DNA of 64,000 nucleotides from Thermoanaerobaculia bacterium (GTDB lineage Bacteria; Acidobacteriota; Thermoanaerobaculia; Multivoradales; Multivoraceae): NCBI GenBank assembly GCA_022824725.1, contig JAJDZH010000018.1, positions 321 to 64,320 of the forward strand, read 5' to 3'. Shown piece by piece: positions 59,064 to 64,000 of this stretch (position 1 is its first letter; each line of letters starts with the position of its first letter). The notes under the pieces were generated by a model. It saw only the letters and a program-made list of their open reading frames with translations, ran no database searches and was not told where the DNA came from. The position numbers and the translations under genes were made by a program.

Positions 59064-59579
59064 TTGCAGATCGGTTTCCGCGTCTCGCGGTTCGCGCCCG
59101 CTTGCGTTGCTTCCCTTGTGTTCGCAGCCGGCTGGGCCTGCGGGGTCCCTTCGGACCCGCCCGTCCTCGACGAGAACGACCTGGAAACCGTGGCGGTGGG
59201 GCAGCCGGCGGACTCCATTCTCAGGCCGGAGGAGGACGAACAGGAGCAGCGGGCGCCGGAAGTGGCGGTGGGCGGCCGCATTCCCGGCGCCTTCCCGGAC
59301 GGCTTCCCCGTTCCGGACGCTTCCACCGTGGTCGACTTCGGCGACGTGGCGACGGAAGAAGGCGAGCCCGTCACGGCGGAGTACGTCGGGCTTCTCCTGC
59401 CGTTGGGCGCTCCTGCTGCGCGGGAGTGGTTGCTGCGCGAGGCGCAGGCCGCGGGCTGGCGGGCGACGCTCGGAGAGTCGATGACCTTCCGCAGGGGCGA
59501 CGAGTGGGTCGAGGTTGCGATCGAACCGGGCGCGACGCCGGGCAACTCGGCGGCGCGGTTCGAGTACGCGAAGCCGTAA
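59064..59579 (+). CDS. secreted hypothetical protein (possible lipoprotein)
   Basis: TTG start; signal peptide ending AAGWAC; acidic Pro-rich body; no recognisable family. Confidence 0.4.
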   Translation: MQIGFRVSRFAPACVASLVFAAGWACGVPSDPPVLDENDLETVAVGQPADSILRPEEDEQEQRAPEVAVGGRIPGAFPDGFPVPDASTVVDFGDVATEEGEPVTAEYVGLLLPLGAPAAREWLLREAQAAGWRATLGESMTFRRGDEWVEVAIEPGATPGNSAARFEYAKP

Positions 59580-59660
59580 GGAGCCGGCCTTGCGGCCGGC
59601 GCGGTTTCCTGGCCGCCTGCGGCGGCAGCCGGCGAGGGCGCCGGCGCACCCAGTGTGCGG
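59580..59660. repeat. REP/MITE-like element (type 2, inverted orientation)
   Basis: Reverse complement of the right half of 58420-58500: GAGCCGGCCTTGCGGCCGGCGCGGTTTCCTGGCCGCCTGCGGCGGCAGCCGGCGAGGGCGCCGGCGCACCCAGTG. Confidence 0.75.
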
Positions 59661-59742
59661 AGGGCTCTCCTCTCACTGCTAGGATGCGGCTCCTCTCCGA
59701 CCGGTTGGTCGGTCGGTTCGAATAGACAGGCGGAAGCAACGA

Positions 59743-60606
59743 ATGACGGGTCCGCTGACCCTTAGGCGCGCCGAGAAGTACGGATTCTGCGCCGGTGTGC
59801 GGATCGCCGATCGCACGGTGCGGCAACTTGCCGCGGGCGGACGGCGGGGGCGGATCCTGGGTCAACTGGTCCACAACGAACGGGTTGTCTCCGATCTCGT
59901 GCAGCTCGGCTTCGCCACGGCGGACGCGCTCGACGAGGTCGAGAACGGGACGATCGTCTTCTCGGCGCACGGCGTGCCGCCTTCGTTTCACCGGCGGGCG
60001 CTGGAACGGGGCCTCCTGGTCGTCGACACGACGTGCCCCTTCGTCTACGACGTCCACGAAGAGGCCCGGCAGGCGCTCGAGGCGGGCCATCACCTCGTGT
60101 TCATCGGCGACGCGCGGCACCGCGAGGTGATCGGCTACACCCGGGATCTCGATCCCGAGGCGTATGACGTCGTGCTGACCGTGGCCGACGTCGCCCGGAT
60201 CGACTTCGAGCGCCACCCGAAGGTCAAGATCTTCTACCAGACCACGCTGAACAGCGAGGAGTACGAGCAGGTGGCGCGGACGATCGAGGCGCGGGCGGCG
60301 GAGGCCGAGCGAGCGGACACCATCTGCTACGCGACGAAGGAGAACCAGGACGCGGCGCGCGCTCTGGCGGCCGACCCGGACATCGACTGCGTCGTCGTCG
60401 TCGGCGGCCGGCACAGCGCGAACACACGCCACCTGTGGGAGATCTGCCGGGAGATCGAGCCCCGAAGCCACCTCGTCCACGACTCGGGCGACCTGCGGAG
60501 AACCTGGTTCGAGGAGTGCCGCACCGTCGGCGTTACCGCCGGCGCCTCCACTCCGGACGCGATGATCGAGGAAGTCGAGGCGGCGATCCTGGAGGCGGCG
60601 CCCTGA
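59743..60606 (+). CDS. ispH: 4-hydroxy-3-methylbut-2-enyl diphosphate reductase
   Basis: GFCAGVRIA, VHNERV and TTCPFV motifs carry the three Cys ligands of the Fe-S cluster. Confidence 0.85.
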   Translation: MTGPLTLRRAEKYGFCAGVRIADRTVRQLAAGGRRGRILGQLVHNERVVSDLVQLGFATADALDEVENGTIVFSAHGVPPSFHRRALERGLLVVDTTCPFVYDVHEEARQALEAGHHLVFIGDARHREVIGYTRDLDPEAYDVVLTVADVARIDFERHPKVKIFYQTTLNSEEYEQVARTIEARAAEAERADTICYATKENQDAARALAADPDIDCVVVVGGRHSANTRHLWEICREIEPRSHLVHDSGDLRRTWFEECRTVGVTAGASTPDAMIEEVEAAILEAAP

Positions 60607-61898
60607 GAGTCCTGGTCATCGGCAATGGCGGCCGCGAGCACGCGCTCTGCTGGCTCATCCGGGAGCGGTCGCCGGAGACGGAGCTCTACTGTGCGCCCGG
60701 CAGTCCGGGCACCGAGGAATGCGGCGAGAGCGTTGCGCTCGACGTCACGGACATCGACGGCCTGGCCCGGTTCGCCGCCGAACGCGGGATCGACCTCACC
60801 GTGGTCGGCCCCGAGGTGCCGCTCTCGCTCGGCGTGGTCGACGCGTTCAGGGAGCGCGGCCTGGCGATCTTCGGCCCGACCCGGGCGGCGGCGCGCCTCG
60901 AGAGCTCCAAGGTCTTCGCCAAGGAGTTCATGCGCCGCCACGGCGTCCCGACCTGCGACTTCGAGGTCACCAACCACCGCGACAGCGCACGGCGCGCGGC
61001 CGAGCGCTTCGGGCTGCCGGCCGTGCTCAAGGCGGACGGTCTGGCCGCGGGCAAGGGCGTCCTGATCGTCTCCACGCCAGCGGAACTCGAGGCCGCGCTG
61101 GACGGGTTCTTCGTGGAGCGGCGGTTCGGCGACGCCGGCGCCCGCATCCTGATCGAGCCCTTCGTGCCCGGGGAGGAGGTTTCCTTCATCGGCTTCTGCG
61201 ACGGGACCCGGGTGCTGCCGCTCGCGACGTCCAAGGACTACAAGCGGATCGGCGACGGCGACTCCGGGCCCAACACTGGCGGCATGGGCGCCCACAGCCC
61301 GGCGGGGATCGTCTCGGACGGCGAGGTCGACCGGATCATGCGCGAGGTGATGGAGCGCACCGTGGCCGGCATGGCGGCGGACGGCACGCCCTTCTCCGGC
61401 GTGCTCTACGCCGGCCTGATGATGAGTCCGGACGGCCCGCGGGTGCTTGAGTTCAACACCCGGCTCGGCGATCCCGAGGCGCAGGCGCTGCTGCTGCGCC
61501 TCGACGAGGACCCCGTCGACCTGTTCCTCGCCGGCGCCGGCGGCGACTTCGGGCGCCCGGAACTCGCCTTCCGCGCCGGCGCTTCCGCCTGCCTCGTGCT
61601 GGCCAACCGGGGCTACCCCGGGAAGGCGGTGTCGGGAGACGCGATCGAGGGTATCGAGGACGCCCGCGCCCGCGAAGGCGTCGTCGTCTTCCACGCCGGC
61701 ACCGGCCGAAGCGGAGACGCGGTGACCGCCACGGGCGGCCGTGTCCTGAACGTCTGCGCGGTGGGGGAGGACCTCGGGCAGGCGCTCGAACGGGCCTACG
61801 GAGCGGCCGCGCTCATCCGCTGGCCGTCGAAGGCGATGCGCTCGGACATCGGGCGTAGGGTGCTCGACGGGGGCGCCGGAGTCGGACCTCCGCCATGA
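60603..61898 (+). CDS. purD: phosphoribosylamine--glycine ligase
   Basis: RVLVIGNGGREHAL N-terminus and ATP-grasp body; no ATG/GTG/TTG at the conserved N-terminus (CTG at 60603). Confidence 0.8.
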   Translation: MRVLVIGNGGREHALCWLIRERSPETELYCAPGSPGTEECGESVALDVTDIDGLARFAAERGIDLTVVGPEVPLSLGVVDAFRERGLAIFGPTRAAARLESSKVFAKEFMRRHGVPTCDFEVTNHRDSARRAAERFGLPAVLKADGLAAGKGVLIVSTPAELEAALDGFFVERRFGDAGARILIEPFVPGEEVSFIGFCDGTRVLPLATSKDYKRIGDGDSGPNTGGMGAHSPAGIVSDGEVDRIMREVMERTVAGMAADGTPFSGVLYAGLMMSPDGPRVLEFNTRLGDPEAQALLLRLDEDPVDLFLAGAGGDFGRPELAFRAGASACLVLANRGYPGKAVSGDAIEGIEDARAREGVVVFHAGTGRSGDAVTATGGRVLNVCAVGEDLGQALERAYGAAALIRWPSKAMRSDIGRRVLDGGAGVGPPP

Positions 61899-62620
61899 AT
61901 TGCGCTGGCTGCAGCTTCGCGGGTCAGTCCACGGCCGTCGAGGACACCTACGTCGGCGTCCGCTTCGGCGAGGAGACGAACCTCACGCTCTGCAGCACAG
62001 GCGGCGAACCGCTCGCCCGCGGCGACGAGGTCATCGTGTCGATGAAGCCGGGTCCCGCCTACGGCCGGGTCGAGAAGTCCCCCATGCCGGTGTTCAAGCC
62101 GTGTCAGAAGTCGAGCGCGCGCTCCGTCATCCGGCGGGCCGACGACGCCGACCGTGCGGCCAGGGAGAAGCAACTGGCGAACGAGGTGCGCGGCAGGGCT
62201 TTCTGCCGGGAGCGGGCCCGAGCGCTCCGCCTCGAGATGAAGGTGTCGCGCGTCGACTTCAGTCTGGACGGCCGCAGCGCGACGTTTTACTTCACGGCGG
62301 ATCGGCGCGTCGACTTCCGGCAGTTGCTGCGCGACCTGAAGTCCCGCTTCAAGACGCGGGTCCGTCTCGTGCACGTCGGCCCGCGCGACGAGGCACGCCT
62401 CCTCGGCGGCGTCGGCATCTGCGGCCGAACGCTGTGCTGTTCGACGTGGCTCGACGGTTTCCGGCCCATCTCGATCCAGATGGCGAAACGTCAGGGCCTG
62501 AGCCTGAACCCGTCGAAGATCTCCGGCCAGTGCGGCCGGCTGCTCTGTTGCCTCGCCTACGAGGACGACAGCTACCGGGGCCGCCGCCCCGGCAAGGCCG
62601 CCCTGCCCGTCGTTGGCTGA
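61895..62620 (+). CDS. PSP1-domain protein (YaaT/RicT-like)
   Basis: The conserved PSP1 C-terminal region (DFSLDGRSATFYFTADRRVDFRQLLRDLKSRFKTRV...CGRTLCC) matches YaaT/RicT. Confidence 0.7.
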   Translation: MNCAGCSFAGQSTAVEDTYVGVRFGEETNLTLCSTGGEPLARGDEVIVSMKPGPAYGRVEKSPMPVFKPCQKSSARSVIRRADDADRAAREKQLANEVRGRAFCRERARALRLEMKVSRVDFSLDGRSATFYFTADRRVDFRQLLRDLKSRFKTRVRLVHVGPRDEARLLGGVGICGRTLCCSTWLDGFRPISIQMAKRQGLSLNPSKISGQCGRLLCCLAYEDDSYRGRRPGKAALPVVG

Positions 62621-64000
62621 CTACGAGGCCCCGCGCCGGCTGAGCACCGCCGGAATCGTCTTCAGCAGGATCACGAAGTCGAGTCGCGGCGACCAGGTGT
62701 CGATGTACTCCAGGTCGAGCTCCATCCAGCGGTTGAAGTCGAGGTCGTTTCGGCCGCTGATCTGCCACAGGCAGGTGATGCCGGGCTTCATCGAGAGCCG
62801 CCGCCGCTGCCGCCGCGTGTAGGGCTCCTTCTCCTCGAGCGGCCTGGGGCCGACCAGGCTCATTTCGCCCCGCACCACGTTCCAGAACTGCGGCAGCTCG
62901 TCCAGACTGAACTTGCGCAGGTAGTGGCCGAGCGGGGTGATCCGCGGGTCGCCGCGCATCTTGAACGCGGGGCCGTCCATCGTGTTCAGGTGCTCCAGTT
63001 CGCGCTTCCGCTGGTCGGCGTCGGCAACCATCGTGCGGAGCTTGTACATCGTGAAGCGGCGGCCGTTCAGACCGCAGCGGGTCTGCCGGTAGAGCACGGA
63101 GCCGGACGAGGTCGCCTTGATCAGCAGCGCCAGGATCAGCATCACGGGCAGGCTGATGACCAGAAGGGCGGCGCCGATGCTGAAGTCGTAGGCGCGCTTG
63201 AACAGCAGGAGGAGGAAGTTCGAGGGCGCCGGCGACAACGTGACGACCGGCCGCCCGTCCAGGTACTCGAGGTCGACCTTGGTGTGGGCCGGCGGCAGCA
63301 GATCGAGCGCGATGCGGGTCCGGATGCCCTGTTCCTGCAGGCCGTCGATGATGTCCTTGAGCGCTGGCAGTTCGTGGGGCGTTACGGTGAAGAACACGTC
63401 GTCGACCACGTGTTCGGAGACGATGCGCGGCACGTCGTCCATGCTGCCCAGCACGTTCCCGTTGGCCTCTGCGGAGGGGCTGCCGCCGGTATGGACCAGG
63501 CCGATGATCTGGAGACCCCAGTGGGGGTGGTCCTCGATCGATTCGGCGAGCTGCGCGGCGGCTTCCGGCGCGCCCGCGATGAGCACCGTCCGCTGGTTCA
63601 GCCCGTGCCGCCGCATGTCGCGCGAGACCAGGCGCAGCGCGATCTTGTCCGCCAGCAGCAGCAGGAAGGCGAGACCGGTGAACAGGAGCAGCCAGGTCCG
63701 GCTGAGGCTGTCCTGGATCAGGACCTGGTCGAGCCGCAGGACGAAGACGGCGAACAGCGTGAGGAGCGTGGCGATCGCCGCCACCTTCAGGATCGCGGTC
63801 CCCTCCGTCTTCAGATCGGCCGTCCGGTGCGAGCGGTAGCGCCGCGTGAAGACGAGCGGCGCCCCCCAGGTCACCAGGGCCAGCGGCAGCAGCGGCAGGT
63901 GGTCGCTCAACGGATAGAGCGGCTGCGGATAGAGCCCCGGCAGCACGAGCGGGAAGAGGCCGCTGCGGATCCAGTAGGCGAGGAAGAACGCGGCCGCGAC
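62621..64000 (-). CDS. polyprenyl-phosphate hexose-1-phosphate transferase (WbaP / exopolysaccharide sugar transferase family); 5' end may lie beyond the window
   Basis: The C-terminal catalytic domain (SLVGPRPL...LSMKPGITCLWQISGRNDLDFNRWMELDLEYI) is diagnostic; the N-terminal TM region runs to the window edge. Confidence 0.7.
   Translation of the reverse strand, partial: VAAAFFLAYWIRSGLFPLVLPGLYPQPLYPLSDHLPLLPLALVTWGAPLVFTRRYRSHRTADLKTEGTAILKVAAIATLLTLFAVFVLRLDQVLIQDSLSRTWLLLFTGLAFLLLLADKIALRLVSRDMRRHGLNQRTVLIAGAPEAAAQLAESIEDHPHWGLQIIGLVHTGGSPSAEANGNVLGSMDDVPRIVSEHVVDDVFFTVTPHELPALKDIIDGLQEQGIRTRIALDLLPPAHTKVDLEYLDGRPVVTLSPAPSNFLLLLFKRAYDFSIGAALLVISLPVMLILALLIKATSSGSVLYRQTRCGLNGRRFTMYKLRTMVADADQRKRELEHLNTMDGPAFKMRGDPRITPLGHYLRKFSLDELPQFWNVVRGEMSLVGPRPLEEKEPYTRRQRRRLSMKPGITCLWQISGRNDLDFNRWMELDLEYIDTWSPRLDFVILLKTIPAVLSRRGAS

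Overview
High-GC (~70%) bacterial chromosomal segment, densely coding, mostly housekeeping genes. No rRNA, CRISPR array, IS transposase or prophage genes were seen. Recognisable content, in order: a mevalonate-pathway operon (GHMP-kinase 3' end, mevalonate diphosphate decarboxylase homolog, isopentenyl phosphate kinase) ending in a DtxR-family regulator gene that overlaps it; biotin carboxylase plus biotin carboxyl carrier protein; an orphan LivJ-like binding protein with a truncated sensor-HAMP membrane protein and an MFS transporter; a DPPR-synthase-like UbiA prenyltransferase; two M20 peptidases; a type IV pilus block (prepilin peptidase, minor pilins, a PilX_N-PilY1 fusion, a sulfatase-family membrane enzyme); selA; a tldD-pmbA pair; an acyl-CoA carboxyltransferase; purE, rpiB, folC, yebC, ruvC; an exbB-exbD-exbD-tonB-TPR cluster; gatB, pgeF, tatA, bamD, rpe, rseP; MEP-pathway genes dxr and ispH; cdsA, truA; a GT-C/GT2 glycosyltransferase pair; glmU, uvrD, four tRNAs, a GT9 heptosyltransferase, purD, ricT and a wbaP-like sugar transferase. 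The most unusual feature is a dispersed palindromic REP/MITE-like repeat family with core CACTGGGTGCGCCGGCGCCC: at least 14 core copies at 12 loci, including tandem and head-to-head composites. One composite lies in frame inside a membrane glycosyltransferase gene, and a related hairpin sits in frame inside uvrD. Other points of interest: mevalonate and MEP pathway genes in the same window, a candidate pilin-modifying sulfatase next to the minor pilin/PilY1 genes, and a cluster of enzymes that use polyprenyl-phosphate sugars.
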